Source: Macrostomum lignano (taxonomy: Eukaryota). From it: 64,000 nt of DNA. Under the pieces are notes generated by a model, which saw only the letters and a list, made by a program, of their open reading frames with translations, had not been told where the DNA came from and made no database searches. The stretch's first letter is position 1. Each line of letters begins with the position of its first letter. The stretch is from assembly GCA_002269645.1 (NCBI GenBank), contig NIVC01001565.1, positions 62,001-126,000 of the forward strand, read 5' to 3'. The translations under genes were made by a program, and so were the position numbers. Positions 1 to 13,382 of this stretch are shown piece by piece.

Positions 1-28
1 TATCTACCATGTGTCTATTTATTAGACA

Positions 29-393
29 TCTATCTACCAGATATCTATCTACCAGATATCTATCTACCAGATATCTATCCACCAGATATCTATCTACCAG
101 ATATCTATCTACCAGATATCTATCCACCAGATATCTATCTACCAGATATCTATCTACCAGATATCTATCCACCAGATATCTGTCTACCAGATATCTATCT
201 ACCAGATATCTATCCACCAGATATCTGTCTACCAGATATCTATCTACCAGATATCTATCCACCAGATATCTATCTACCAGATATCTATCTACCAGATATC
301 TATCTACCAGATATCTATCCACCAGATATCTATCTACCAGATATCTATCTACCAGATATCTATCTACCAGATATCTATCTACCAGATATCTAT
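29..393. repeat. 15-bp minisatellite (TATCTACCAGATATC)n
   Basis: About 24 near-identical copies, which explain the YLSTR-repeat ORF; each unit contains the palindrome GATATC. Confidence 0.95.
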
Positions 394-1240
394 TCATACA
401 GACATTTAGAACAAGTCTTCTACCATATATTTACAAGCATTACCATACACAAACTCTGCCATCTCTACCCTTGTTTCTCCTCACCCTATTTATCTCCGTC
501 TTTAAATTTGTCTCCCCACTTCATTGCATCCTGATAGATTCGAAAAAGAATATGAAAAATAGTTGGATAATTTTGTTGCTTTGAGTTCGCCTCTGAATAA
601 ACGGTTTATCCACAGCACCCTGCCTGAACCCCCACATTTTCTGTTCAGCTTCAATTTACGCAAGTCTTCTCTGCATTGACCTCGGGCGCTCCGGTTTGCC
701 TTGAGGCCCTGCCTGCCCGTCTCCCGCTCTCCTCCTTCTCAGTTGAGAACAATTCAATTTCTGGGAGAATTTCCCAAGTTTTATTGGCCGGGCTAATGGG
801 GGTCAGGCGACCCCTCGGCGACAAGTGGACTGAGCTCATTACAACCGGCAAATTGTCTTCTGCCCCTCGGCCGCTCCCGCAGCCACAATGGTCAGAACTG
901 TTGAATAATTTCATTCACAACCCCCGTTCCGGCTGATAAACAGCCTCAGGCTCTCGGCCCGATATTTTCCCTTCAATTCTCCCAGTTTCCTCATCCCATT
1001 ATCCCATCGGCACCAACAGACTCTAAATGCAGCTCTGTTTATCAACACTAGAAGCTTTGACAGAAAACTGAGTTACCGAGATTCAGTGAGTGCTGGGATC
1101 TCCTCTGGCTGAAATATTCGAGCAGTCAGGTTTTCCATACTTCTATAAGCCAGTAAGAATGAACTGGCTAGCAAACTATTCCTGACGAAATAATGCTTTG
1201 ATTTGAACGGTTTTTTCTAAAAATATAAATTTAGCAAACA

Positions 1241-1935
1241 ATGGGAGACATAAGTAGAGAGGGAAACTTATGTATAGAGGGAGAGAGAGAGGGAGACAGA
1301 GGGGTCGACGGAGAGGGAGACAGAGAGGAAGACAAAGAAGGAGACAACAAAGAGGGAGACAGAGAGGGAGGCAGAGAGGGAGGCAGAGAGGGAGGCAGAG
1401 ATAGAGACAACAAAGAGGGAGACAGAGAGGGAGGCAGAGAGGGAGGCAGAGAGGGAGACAAAGAGGGAGGCAGAGAGGGAGACGGAGAGGGAGACAGAGA
1501 GAGGGAGACAGAGAGGGAGGCAGAGAGGGAGACAGAGATAGACAACAAAGAGGGAGACAGAGAGGGAGGCAGAGAGGGAGACAGAGATGGAGACAACAAA
1601 GAGGGAGACAGAGAGGGAGGCAGAGAGGGAGACAGAGATGGAGACAACAAAGAGGGAGACAGAGAGGGAGGCAGAGATTGAGGCAGAGAGGGTGGCAGAG
1701 AGAGGACAGAGAGAGACTACAGAGAAGTAGACAGAGAGGGAGATACAGGGGGAGACGCAGAGAGACAAAAAAGAGGGAGGCAGATAGGAAGACAGAGAAG
1801 AGATCTAGATGTTTCGGTTTGAGAGATGCGGTGAGATGCAGACAGGGGTGAGATGCAGACAGGGGTGAGATGCAGACAGGGGTGAGATGCAGACAGGGGG
1901 GAGATGCAGACAGGGGTGAGATGCAGACAGGGGTG
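1241..1935. repeat. GA-rich low-complexity repeat (GAGAGGGAGACA/GGCA-type) followed by a 17-bp repeat (GAGATGCAGACAGGGGT)n
   Basis: Purine-only strand bias over 1241-1800; about 6 copies of the 17-mer over 1831-1935. Confidence 0.9.
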
Positions 1936-2429
1936 AATAGGCCCAGCCAGGACAGCTCAGGAGATGAAAATAATATTTTTATTCTCGGCCACGGAACGGA
2001 TAAATGAGATGCAAAGTGGGCCAAAAGGCCGCAAATTGAAAGGCAAATTAGCCGATTCTTCGTCGCCACGACCAGCTCTGAGCGGGCGGTTTCGAATTTG
2101 CAGATATTCAGAATGAAAGCCGCAGCAGATGCTAACGGGGGGATGCTGCTAGCTTGGGAAAATAGAGACGAGCGATATAGAATTTCTATTACCATGCGGC
2201 TGAATGCCTTTTCAGCTCTGGTGAGCCTGTGACAACTTGCCACTCTCATGGGGACTGCGGTGGGAGTTCCTGTCACTGTAAGCTGATAGTCTGCGGCTTG
2301 CCGCCTAGCACAAATAATTAGTGTGGGATAAAAATGTGGCCAAACTTTCACCCCCAACCCCTCGGAAGAAGAGGGAGAGAGGTGTTAGAAGGGGAGCGTT
2401 TTCACATTCACCAATAAATGACGTCTGAC

Positions 2430-2965
2430 GTCACAATCCTCACAGCTTCACAATCCCCACAGCTTCACAATCCCCACAGCTTCACAATCCCCACAGCTTC
2501 ACAATCCCCACAGCTTCACAATCCCCACAGCTTCACAATCCCCACAGCTTCACAATCCCCACAGCCTCATAATCTCCAATATTCACAATCCCTAAGATTC
2601 ACAATTCCCAAGATTCACAATCCCCAATATTCACAATCCCCAATATTCACAATCCCCAAGATTCACAATCCCCAATATTCACAATCCCCAATATTCACAA
2701 TCCCCAATATTCACAATCCCGAATGTTCACAATATCCACAGCTTCACAATCCCCAATATTCACAATCCCTAATATTCACAATCCCCAATATTCACAATCC
2801 TCAATATTCACAATCCCCAATATTCACAATCCCGAATGTTCACAATATCCACAGCTTCACAATACCCAATATTCACAATCCCCAATATTCACAATCCCCA
2901 ATATTCACAATCCCCAATATTCACAATCCCCAATATTCACAATCCCCATTATTCACAATCCTCAC
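2430..2965. repeat. About 17-bp minisatellite with two unit variants (CACAGCTTCACAATCCC / CAATATTCACAATCCCC)
   Basis: Direct tandem copies sharing the TTCACAATCCC core. Confidence 0.92.
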
Positions 2966-3909
2966 AGATTCACATTTGCCATTCGGTAGCTCAGAAGTTG
3001 AGTCATTGTCGAGCGCAGCCACATTCCATTTCAGCTGTCTACGCACAGAGGCCTCAGACGGCCCAGTTTCACTTGGCAAAAATTAACCCAAGGCCAACGT
3101 TTATTCTCTTCTGTTGGCGAGCTGCAAGAGCCTTCTAGAAGAAGACTAGACAAGCAATGCTGCATTGGTGGGCGGAGGCGCAGTCACTCGTTAAGACGCT
3201 ATTGTTGAAGTTCTTTGCCAACTCCTGGGGATATTCTTCCCTTCCTATGGAGCTAGTTTCGTCTTAATACTCGAACTTCGCTGCCCCATTTTTTCTATCC
3301 CCAATAGATCCCAATAGCAGAGATCCCTGAGGATCGCTGAGGCCGGGTATTGTCCCCGCTAAGTCCCTCGCACACTGGGTGGGTGGGGGCAGCCGGAGAC
3401 CGCGCCACAATGTTGCACAAATTCCGAGCTGGCTAAATGTTGAATCTGAAAGCAGACTTGAATAGTCGCTGGGGGGATGGCTGCTTTCAGATTGCTGCTG
3501 CAACCCAGTTGTCTACGCTATTCCGCTATGGGGCAGCCACTTGAGCCCATGCGGGCTGAATTCGCTCATTAAGCTGCATGGTTTGAAATTTTTTGACCCG
3601 AATTTCTTTGCTTTTTGTGTGTTTACGCAAAAAATATTTGGGTGGGGGATTGGCGGATATTATTACAGAAAACTGCTGGCTCTGCATGCGATTGGGTGCT
3701 AAGCATTTTAATGTTTAATTGAAATCTGAAAATTACTTTGATAATCCGATCAGGTTGTCGGGTTTCAGTCCTTAATCCAATCCGACAACGAATTGATATT
3801 TTACGTTGCGGGGGAACCATGGATCACTAGATATAGAATCTGGAATAAAAACACCTGATTAAATCATTTAGTAAAACAAAGTCTTGTGTAAAAAACCCGG
3901 AAATTACCA

Positions 3910-4590
3910 AAAGCACGGAAATTTCTAAACTTACAGAAACTTTCTAAAATAAGGAAGCATCGAAAAAGCGGAAACTTCCCAAAGCACGGAAACTTCCCAA
4001 AGGACGGAAACTTCCCAAAGGACGGAAACTCCCCAAAGCACGGAAACTTCCCAAAGGACGGAAACTTCCCAAAGGACGGAAACTTCCCAAAGCACGGAAA
4101 CTTCCCAAAGGACGGAAACTTCCCAAAGCACGGAAACTTCCCAAAGCACGGAAACTTCCCAAAGCACGGAAACTTCCCAAAGCACGGAAACTTCCCAAAG
4201 CACGGAAACTTCCCAAAGCACGGAAACTTCCCAAAGCACGGAAACTTTCCAAAGGACGGAAACTTTCCAAAGGACGGAAACTTCCCAAAGGACGGAAACT
4301 TCCCAAAGCACGGAAACTTCCCAAAGCACGGAAACTTCCCAAAGGACGGAAACTTCCCAAAGCACGGAAACTTCCCAAAGCACGGAAACTTCCCAAAGGA
4401 CGGAAACTTCCCAAAGCACGGAAACTTCCCAAAGCACGGAAACTTCCCAAAGGACGGAAACTTCCCAAAGCACGGAAACTTCCCAAAGCACGGAAACTTC
4501 CCAAAGCACGGAAACTACCCAAAGGACGGAAACTTCCCAAAGCAAGGAAGCTTCCCAAAGCACGGAAACTTCCCAAAGCAAGGAAGCTTC
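3910..4590. repeat. 18-bp minisatellite (GCACGGAAACTTCCCAAA)n
   Basis: About 37 copies, which explain the EVSVLW / ALGSFR ORFs. Confidence 0.95.
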
Positions 4591-5576
4591 TTAAAGCTGA
4601 AGGAATGCGAAGAATCACATTAAACAGAAAATTGCCTACCATGGGGGCAAGCAGTTAACAATACAGAAGAAGAAATTTCATTAATGATGCCTCGACATTT
4701 CAGGGAACGGGACTACAAAATGTTCGAGCGTATTGCAGGCGCCAACAAGCGCATTTGCTGATGTTGCTGTTTTTTGCGTTCGAAAAATCGTTTCAATTTT
4801 TTCACCGATGCTCTGAAAGAAAGGTGTTCGTCTTTTCCCACTAGCTTTTATCCCAGCCCTGAACTCGGCCATTCTGGTGCCCAGTGCCGAAGGGGAGATT
4901 AATTGCCCCGGCCAAGTGTAAACAAAATGCTGCAGAAATTCTTCGAAGCTATAGAGAGTGAGAGTGGCCCGCTCCCCCACAATGCACGGGTTGCGAGCGA
5001 GCCGCGATTCCCGCTGCTTAGAACAACAAGAAAAGGTGCAGCAATAACATACATCACTGCACCACAAGGCGAATTAAAGTGTAGCATTATGCTATGGAAA
5101 TCTTTCACAGTTTCACTCTCTGCGCTCCATCTCTTGCGGCTGCGAAACGGAATTGAGCCTCACAAGGGCTGCGTGTGAAAGAAACAAGAGGGGCCACTTT
5201 ATTTTCTGGGAAGAAAAACATCCCGCGGGGGGAAGAGCGATGGCCGAGGCGCCGTCCTCCCAATTAGGACCGAGCAGCTCTGTGGGATCCGTGCGGTTGC
5301 TGGGACTTCGAGTTACGAATAATCTACCTTCTCCTCTAATAGCATTTCCCATGCGTTCGCACCTGCCACGCAGTCCATCGTCCGTAAACCGTTAAAACAG
5401 CTTTTACGCATTTTGCAGGGCCGGAAACCCCCGGCAAGCCCAGCCATCTTTGGAATTGACACTCGGTTAAAAATATAAACATATCATAACTGGTTGATAT
5501 TGGAGTCGTTTGCACATGGTCTGGCGGCTGACTGGGTGCACCTTTGGGCTTGTTGGTTGTCAATGCTTTTGAACCC

Positions 5577-6706
5577 TTGATTGTGTCTCTGACTGGAGCT
5601 TGATTGTGTCTCTATGGCTTGATTGTGTCTCTATGGCTTGATTGTGTCTCTATGGCTTGATTGTGTCTCTATGGTTTGATTGTGTCTATATAGCTTGATT
5701 GTGTCTCTATGGCTTGATTGTGTCTCTGACTGGAGCTTGATTGTCTCTGACTGGGGCTTGATTGTGTCTCTCACTGAGGCTTGATTGTGTCTTTGACTGG
5801 GGCTTGATTGTGTCTCTGACTGGGGCTTGATTGTGTCTCTATGGCTTGATTGTGTCTCTGACTGGGGCTTGATTGTGTCTCTATGGCTTGATTGTGTCTC
5901 TATGGCTTGATTGTGTCTCCATGGCTTGATTGTGTCTCTATGGCTTGATTGTGTCTCTGACTGGAGCTTGATTGTCTCTGACTGGGGCTTGATTGTGTCT
6001 CTCACTGAGGCTTGATTGTGTCTTTGACTGGGGCTTGATTGTGTCTCTGACTGGGGCTTGATTGTGTCTCTATGGCTTGATTGTGTCTCTGACTGGGGCT
6101 TGATTGTGTCTCTATGGCTTGATTGTGTCTCTATGGCTTGATTGTGTCTCCATGGCTTGATTGTGTCTCTATGGCTTGATTGTGTCTCCATGGCTTGATT
6201 GTGTCTCTATGGCTTGATTGTGTCTCTATGGCTTGCTTGTGTCTCTATAGCTTGATTGTGTCTATATAGCTTGATTGTGTCTCTATGGCTTGACTGTCTC
6301 TCTGACTGGGGCTTGATTGTGTCTCTCATTGAGGCTTGATTGTGTCTTTGACTGGGGCTTGATTGTGTCTCTGACTGGGGCTTGATTGTGTCTCTATGGC
6401 TTGCTTGTGTCTCTATAGCTTGATTGTGTCTCTATGGCTTGATTGTGTCTCTATGGCTTGATTGTGTCTATATAGCTTGATTGTGTCTATATAGCTTGAT
6501 TGTGTCTCTATGGCTTGACTGTCTCTCTGACTGGGGCTTGATTGTGTCTCTCATTGAGGCTTGATTGTGTCTTTGACTGGGGCTTGATTGTGTCTCTGAC
6601 TGGGGCTTGATTGTGTCTCTATGGCTTGCTTGTGTCTCTATAGCTTGATTGTGTCTCTGACTGGGGCCTGATTGTGTCTCTGACTGGGCTTGATTGTGTC
6701 TCTGAC
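5577..6706. repeat. 19/23-bp minisatellite (GGCTTGATTGTGTCTCTAT / GGGGCTTGATTGTGTCTCTGACT) with higher-order blocks
   Basis: Tandem copies; a variant block recurs about 231 bp apart (about 5730 and 5961). Confidence 0.95.
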
Positions 6707-7574
6707 TGAACATTTTTTCACTATCTTATGTTGTTATTGTTTGAGAAAAAAGTGAGTCGGCAAAGTCCTGCTTGTAAGTGGCTGTCTTCAAATGTCTTCA
6801 AATACACTTCCACAGCTCTTGAGCATGTCGGCAGGTCCTCTGTAGTCGGCTCTGCAACATGGTCGGGTTGCTTTAAAGCAAGATGGCACACTTCACAACG
6901 AGAACCGACAAAAAAGAAAGTGTCCTTGCAGCAGCAACAAACGAAGACGTCAACTGCTGGCCAAGAGGTGTCAATCAAATTGAAAATGAAAGGGACCGGA
7001 ACAAGAGTTGCGATCGCTCCTGGGCACAGGCATAGACAGACACTGGGTGCCTCCGGCCACTCCACACCTCAGGAAAATTGCCAAGAGACAGCAATCGCTG
7101 CTCAGATGCTTTGACAAGGCCCTTCTTTCATTTTGGGAGCCTCCTAAACAAGACTAAAAAAGGAGTCTGTTTCTACAGTTTCAACTTTCTGCCTTGAAGA
7201 ATTGAAGGAAGTCTGCTTTCAGAGGCCAAAATCCAGTCTCGCATATTGTCTCTCGGCCTCAGCAAACTGGCAAAAATGCCGGGCATTGTCATGCCAAACA
7301 ATTGGACTCAACAAGTCGACAGTGGAATGGGGTGGAGATGCTCGCTTCAATGCCTCATTTCACGCGGAAGGAAGAGTAAAATGGGGAGTGAAAAACAGCT
7401 GCGGAAATTCTGAGCACTCAGTGTCCAAGCCGTCAGGGATTAAACCTCTCTGCAGTGCCTTCGTTTCGAATAAATGTCAATGAACTTTTAAAACCTGCTG
7501 CAGCACTCTGACTTCAAAGACTGTCAAAATTGATTACAACCAGGTTTTCAGTGTTGTTCTGTGTCACACCCTCG

Positions 7575-10183
7575 ATCCAGCAGAGTGACCCGTTGCTTCT
7601 TCCACCCGATCTAGCCAGAGTGACCCGTTGCTTCCCCACCCAATCCAGCAGAGTGACCCGTTGCTTCTCTACCCGATCTAGCCAGAGTGACCCGTTGCTT
7701 CCCCACCCAATCCAGCAGAGTGACCCGTTGCTTCTCTACCCAATCTAGCCAGAGTGACCCGTTGCTTCTCCCACCCGATCTAGCTGAGTGACCCGTTGCT
7801 TCTCCCGCCCAATCTAGCCAGAGTGACCCGTTGCTTCTCTACCCGATCTAGCTGAGTGATCCATTGCTTCTCTACCCGATCTAGCCAGAGTGATCCGTTG
7901 CTTCTCCCACTCGATCTAGCCAGAGTGACCCGTTGCTTCTCCAACCCGATCTAGCTGAGTGACCCGTTGCTTCTCTACCCGATCTAGCTGAGTGACCCGT
8001 TGCTTCTCTACCCGATCTAGCTGAGTGACCCGTTGCTTCTCTACCCGATCTAGCTGAGTGACCCGTTGCTTCTCCCGCCCAATCTAGCCAGAGTGACCCG
8101 TTGCTTCTCTACCCGATCTAGCAGAGTGACCCGTTGCTTCTCCCACCGATCTAGCAGAGTGACCCGTTGCTTCTCCCACCCGATCTAGCTGAGTGACCCG
8201 TTGCTTCTCTACCCGATCTAGCAGAGTGACCCGTTGCTTCTCCCGCCCAATCTAGCCAGAGTGACCCGTTGCTTCTCTACCCGATCTAGCAGAGTGACCC
8301 GTTGCTACTCTACCCGATCTAGCAGAGTGACCCGTTGCTTCTCCCGCCCAATCTAGCCAGAGTGACCCGTTGCTTCTCTACCCGATCTAGCAGAGTGACC
8401 CGTTGCTTCTCCCACCGATCTAGCAGAGTGACCCGTTGCTTCTCCCACCCGATCTAGCTGAGTGACCCGTTGCTTCTCTACCCGATCTAGCAGAGTGACC
8501 CGTTGCTTCTCCCACCGATCTAGCAGAGTGACCCGTTGCTTCTCTACCCGATCTAGCAGAGTGACCCGTTGCTTCTCCCACCGATCTAGCAGAGTGACCC
8601 GTTGCTTCTCCCACCCGATCTAGCTGAGTGACCCGTTGCTTCTCTACCCGATCTAGCAGAGTGACCCGTTGCTTCTCCCACCGATCTAGCTGAGTGACCC
8701 GTTGCTTCTCTACCCGATCTAGCCAGAGTGACCCGTTGCTTCCCCACCCAATCCAGCAGAGTGACCCGTTGCTTCTCTACCCGATCTAGCCAGAGTGACC
8801 CGTTGCTTCCCCACCCAATCCAGCAGAGTGACCCGTTGCTTCTCTACCCAATCTAGCCAGAGTGACCCGTTGCTTCTCCCACCCGATCTAGCTGAGTGAC
8901 CCGTTGCTTCTCCCGCCCAATCTAGCCAGAGTGACCCGTTGCTTCTCTACCCGATCTAGCAGAGTGATCCATTGCTTCTCTACCCGATCTAGCCAGAGTG
9001 ATCCGTTGCTTCTCCCACTCGATCTAGCCAGAGTGACCCGTTGCTTCTCCAACCCGATCTAGCTGAGTGACCCGTTGCTTCTCTACCCGATCTAGCTGAG
9101 TGACCCGTTGCTTCTCTACCCGATCTAGCTGAGTGACCCGTTGCTTCTCCCACCCGATCTAGCTGAGTGACCCGTTGCTTCTCTACCCGATCTAGCAGAG
9201 TGACCCGTTGCTTCTCCCACCGATCTAGCAGAGTGACCCGTTGCTTCTCCCACCCGATCTAGCTGAGTGACCCGTTGCTACTCTACCCGATCTAGCAGAG
9301 TGACCCGTTGCTTCTCCCGCCCAATCTAGCCAGAGTGACCCGTTGCTTCTCTACCCGATCTAGCAGAGTGACCCGTTGCTTCTCCCACCGATCTAGCAGA
9401 GTGACCCGTTGCTTCTCCCACCCGATCTAGCTGAGTGACCCGTTGCTTCTCTACCCGATCTAGCAGAGTGACCCGTTGCTTCTCCCACCGATCTAGCAGA
9501 GTGACCCGTTGCTTCTCTACCCGATCTAGCAGAGTGACCCGTTGCTTCTCCCACCGATCTAGCAGAGTGACCCGTTGCTTCTCCCACCCGATCTAGCTGA
9601 GTGACCCGTTGCTTCTCTACCCGATCTAGCAGAGTGACCCGTTGCTTCTCCCACCGATCTAGCAGAGTGACCCGTTGCTTCTCTACCCGATCTAGCTGAG
9701 TGACCCGTTGCTACTCTACCCGATCTAGCAGAGTGACCCGTTGCTTCTCCCGCCCAATCTAGCCAGAGTGACCCGTTGCTTCTCTACCCGATCTAGCAGA
9801 GTGACCCGTTGCTTCTCCCACCGATCTAGCAGAGTGACCCGTTGCTTCTCTACCCGATCTAGCTGAGTGACCCGTTGCTACTCTACCCGATCTAGCAGAG
9901 TGACCCGTTGCTTCTCCCGCCCAATCTAGCCAGAGTGACCCGTTGCTTCTCTACCTGATCTAGCAGAGTGACCCGTTGCTTCTCCCACCGATCTAGCAGA
10001 GTGACCCGTTGCTTCTCCCACCCGATCTAGCTGAGTGACCCGTTGCTTCTCTACCCGATCTAGCAGAGTGACCCGTTGCTTCTCCCACCGATCTAGCAGA
10101 GTGACCCGTTGCTTCTCTACCCGATCTAGCTGAGTGACCCGTTGCTACTCTACCCCATCTAGCAGAGTGACCCGTTGCTTCCC
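7575..10183. repeat. 33-35-bp minisatellite (GATCTAGCAGAGTGACCCGTTGCTTCTCTACCC)n, about 2.6 kb
   Basis: Dozens of copies with a few recurring variants; identical ORFs at 8420 and 9393 show a 973-bp higher-order duplication. Confidence 0.95.
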
Positions 10184-11759
10184 CAAAAAAGTGCAGCAGT
10201 TCATTGCTGCTGAGCAAGCTCAAAAGCCAATCACCCGACAGTTATTACAGAAGGCCGATATGTTTTCAACTACCGCCATCCCTATAGCGCAATTCATAAA
10301 ATAATAAAACGCAACCTCAAGGGTTTTCCGCAATTGCTAATTACTTTTCTGTTTAATGGAGGCCTGAAACAAGCCGGTGACAATGGTGATAAAGGGGGGG
10401 GGGGTAGCCGCCTGGAAACTGAGTCCAATGTTTTCTGAGTTAGATAACTGCATGAACACGTGTATGCTGTAATTGCTACATCCCACAGGACTCCCCAATG
10501 GGATCTGCTCCCCTCTCGTACCCCCACTCTCTAACCTATTGTTGACGCTTTAACAATGAGGCTGACAATGGAAGCTTAGACAATGGAATTCTGCTGTATT
10601 TGAGGAGCCCAACAAACCATTGGGCATATATCATCTCTGCCGCGGTCATTGGCCTGTCACAGTCGGACTGCACGACTGCTGCATGCTGGGGATCGGAGGA
10701 GGGCTGCTGGTGAGGGGACAAACTTCCCAATTGAGCTCACAGACCGAGGATCCAGGTGATGGGGGGGGAGTAAATTCATATCCTTGGCTAATGCCCCCAT
10801 CACCCCCTGACTTCAGCAGGGCACGACTGAATGCCCCGGCACTTCCCAACTTCCCCCAAAAATGCTTTACGCTTCATATTGTTTCCCAAAGACAATGAAC
10901 TCCTCAGCTTGGTGTGTATTGTGGCTCAGCAGCATGGAGTCATTAGTTAGGCTGCTCAAACTCTGGGATCAACTATAACGTGAGCAACCCAAAAAAATGC
11001 AGGAAGTCTCCTAGTGGAACAAGAAAACCCCGCTAAGCTGCTAATCAAAAAGCAAGAAAGCAGTTCTTTGAAGAGCCGCTGACATGGCCGCGATTATGAC
11101 TAGCAAAAAAAGCAACGAGCGACCCCCCCCCCGTTCTCGGGCCCACCGCCTCGTAACGCGCAAGTTTAATAACGCATGTGAAACGATTGTTTATCTGACG
11201 TAATAAATTTCTATATATGAAGCTAGAAATCTGCGCAACCCTATACTGCTGTTGTCTTTTTATGGAGTGCGGCCTTGGTTATTGGCCTTGACAACGGGCG
11301 ATGGCTACAGGCTGGAGGTGTGATTCGCTAGCGAGCTCCGGGACTATAATAAAAATTGGCAGGTGCAAACAAAGGAACTGTCGGGGGGGGGGAAGGTGTA
11401 AGGCGGTTAGATTAAGATGGCAATTAAAAAGCCAAGTAGGAGAGAAGCGTGTAAAAGGAAAGAAGCTGGCGAACACTCTGCAGCGGATGGGGATTTAGCT
11501 ATGGGAAGTTTTACAGCGAGCTTCGGGCTGGGGGAGACTGCCGGCCATTATCAACTTATATTGGCCGGCCATGAAAGCAGAGAGACGGCTTGCTATGGCG
11601 CTAATTTTAATTTCTGCTGTCTGTCTGAAAAAAGAGCATTGGATATCAATTTTTGACCTGTTCTTTGTGCGGCGGGAGCTGGTTAGAGAATTTCTAAGAA
11701 ATGACTCTGATTATTGCAGCTAACAGAAGGAAGTTCAAAGGTGCTTCAGCATTGATATA

Positions 11760-11917
11760 ATGCTGGCACCCATTTTACAGCTGCAGGTGAACTGAAGCAA
11801 TGCAGAGTTAAGTGTCTTGCTCAAGGACAGGACACAAATTGTTCCAGTGGGACCGGGAATCGAACCCCCGACCTTCAATTCGTGAGTCCGACGCTCTGAC
11901 CACGGGGCTACAACCCC
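11760..11917 (-). mobile_element. tRNA-derived SINE (tRNA head plus CORE-like body)
   Basis: Minus strand reads GGGGTTG-TAGCCCCGTGG (A box)...GGTTCGATTCC (B box)-CGGTCCCA, then GTCCTTGAGCAAGACACTTAACTC...CAGCTGTAAAATGGG, which resembles the CORE/MIR-type SINE central domain. Confidence 0.8.
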
Positions 11918-12967
11918 CTTCACCTGCTTCACCATAGAGACATCTTTTAACGAACTAGTTAGCCTATTAAAAGAAGTTTATTGTTTAAAAACCGAAATTT
12001 TGTTTTCGGTCGAGTCAGTTCAGCTAATCAAAAAATCATAATTCATCCGATTAATTTTATTCGATTTCTAAGAAAAAGTGAATATATAGATTTCCAAGAA
12101 ACCATTTAACAGTAACCTACGGGCACGTATGCGCCCGCAATATCGATGCAAAATCAGTTTAGCAAGGAGAATGAACATAACTAGAAATTGTGTGTACACT
12201 TTTGCCATTTGTCCTATGATATCCTTGCTATGTGTGCTATTCTATCGTTGTGATGCCGATTGAATAAAGGGATCAGGCAAAAGTACATCGCACTTGATAG
12301 GAAGAGATAAGCTATAGGTGTCACTCAACAATGTACATCTCAAATGTTAAGTTTACATGCATAGCATCATCGTAAATAGATTTTCACCATAGCTTTAGCT
12401 GAATAAGCTTTGCAGAATCAATAAACTGGGGTGTGTAAATCTACAGCACCCCAAAACAGGAGCAGCAATAGAGAAGAACAACTTCTGCAATGAAAACAGA
12501 CTGAATGGGGCTGGATAGAGGCGGGTGGTGGGAGCTGCCTGTAGATTCCCCCCCCCCTCCCAAAAAATATTGAGGAACAATGCAGGCTGCTGAGAAGCTA
12601 TCAAGCTGTGTGGTCCGCAGACTCAAACAATGAATGGACCAGACAGACAAGCAGAGTGGCTGGCTTATTGGGGAAAAATAAAAAGAATGAGTACACCCGG
12701 CCTGGGCTCAGAAGCTGCTTATTGAGGTAAAAGCGATAAGGTTAAATAATTACACGAAAGCATTGAGACACAAGTAGGGGAGTAGAAACGGAGTGGGGTG
12801 GGGCGGGCTAAAACTCTTTAGAGAGCAAGATTAACGCGGTCAGCCGCTGCAGACTGACAGTTGCCTGCGTATATAGGCAAGAGCGGGAAGGCAGAGATAG
12901 ATAACAGATGTGCGGAGGATCAACTGCACTAAAGTTGTAAAATCAACCATAGATAGATACAAATGAA

Positions 12968-13115
12968 TGTACACTCACGGGGGGAAGCGAGGAAGGGTAT
13001 CGATCGATAGGACAGACGTACAAATGTACACTCGCGGGGGAAAGGGAGGAAGGGTATCGATCGATAAGAACAGACGTACAATCTCGGGAGGAGGGAGGAA
13101 GGGTATCGATCGATA
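12968..13115. repeat. Three diverged copies of a roughly 55-bp unit carrying the palindrome TATCGATCGATA
   Basis: GAGGAAGGGTATCGATCGATA occurs three times, about 270 bp 3' of the SoxB2 stop codon. Confidence 0.85.
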
Positions 13116-13382
13116 ATACACCTTATTCAGTGTTGGAGTGGCAGATTATCGATTGATAAGAGACGGTGCACAGACATGTACACCGGCGAAAGAAGCATGA
13201 ATTAATAATTGTACGCAATAATGAACGGAGTAATTTTAATAGACGATTCGGACTATTATTTATAGACTTACAAGCTTTCACCACAAAGATTCTGTAGCAA
13301 TAAAAAGAGGGAAAAAACACGAACACGAGTAATCCATTTTTCGATGGCAAAGAGTGCGTCCCTTAACTAAAAGCGCGGTCGG

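Noticed and set aside
6721-7483. Short ORFs at 6721-7483 (also 651-936, 4681-5563 and 24100-25198) as genes
   Set aside because: No recognisable domain, consistent frame or convincing exon chain; cannot be supported without a database search.
7575-10183. CRISPR-like array (constant ~20-bp core with variable flanks)
   Set aside because: No unique spacers; the variation is a few recurring single-base variants; eukaryotic context with no cas genes. The same applies to the 64-bp and 35-bp arrays.
11847-11917. Functional tRNA gene (also 34781-34841)
   Set aside because: The anticodon stem pairs poorly, and the head runs directly into a SINE-type body; the second copy has a degenerate B box.
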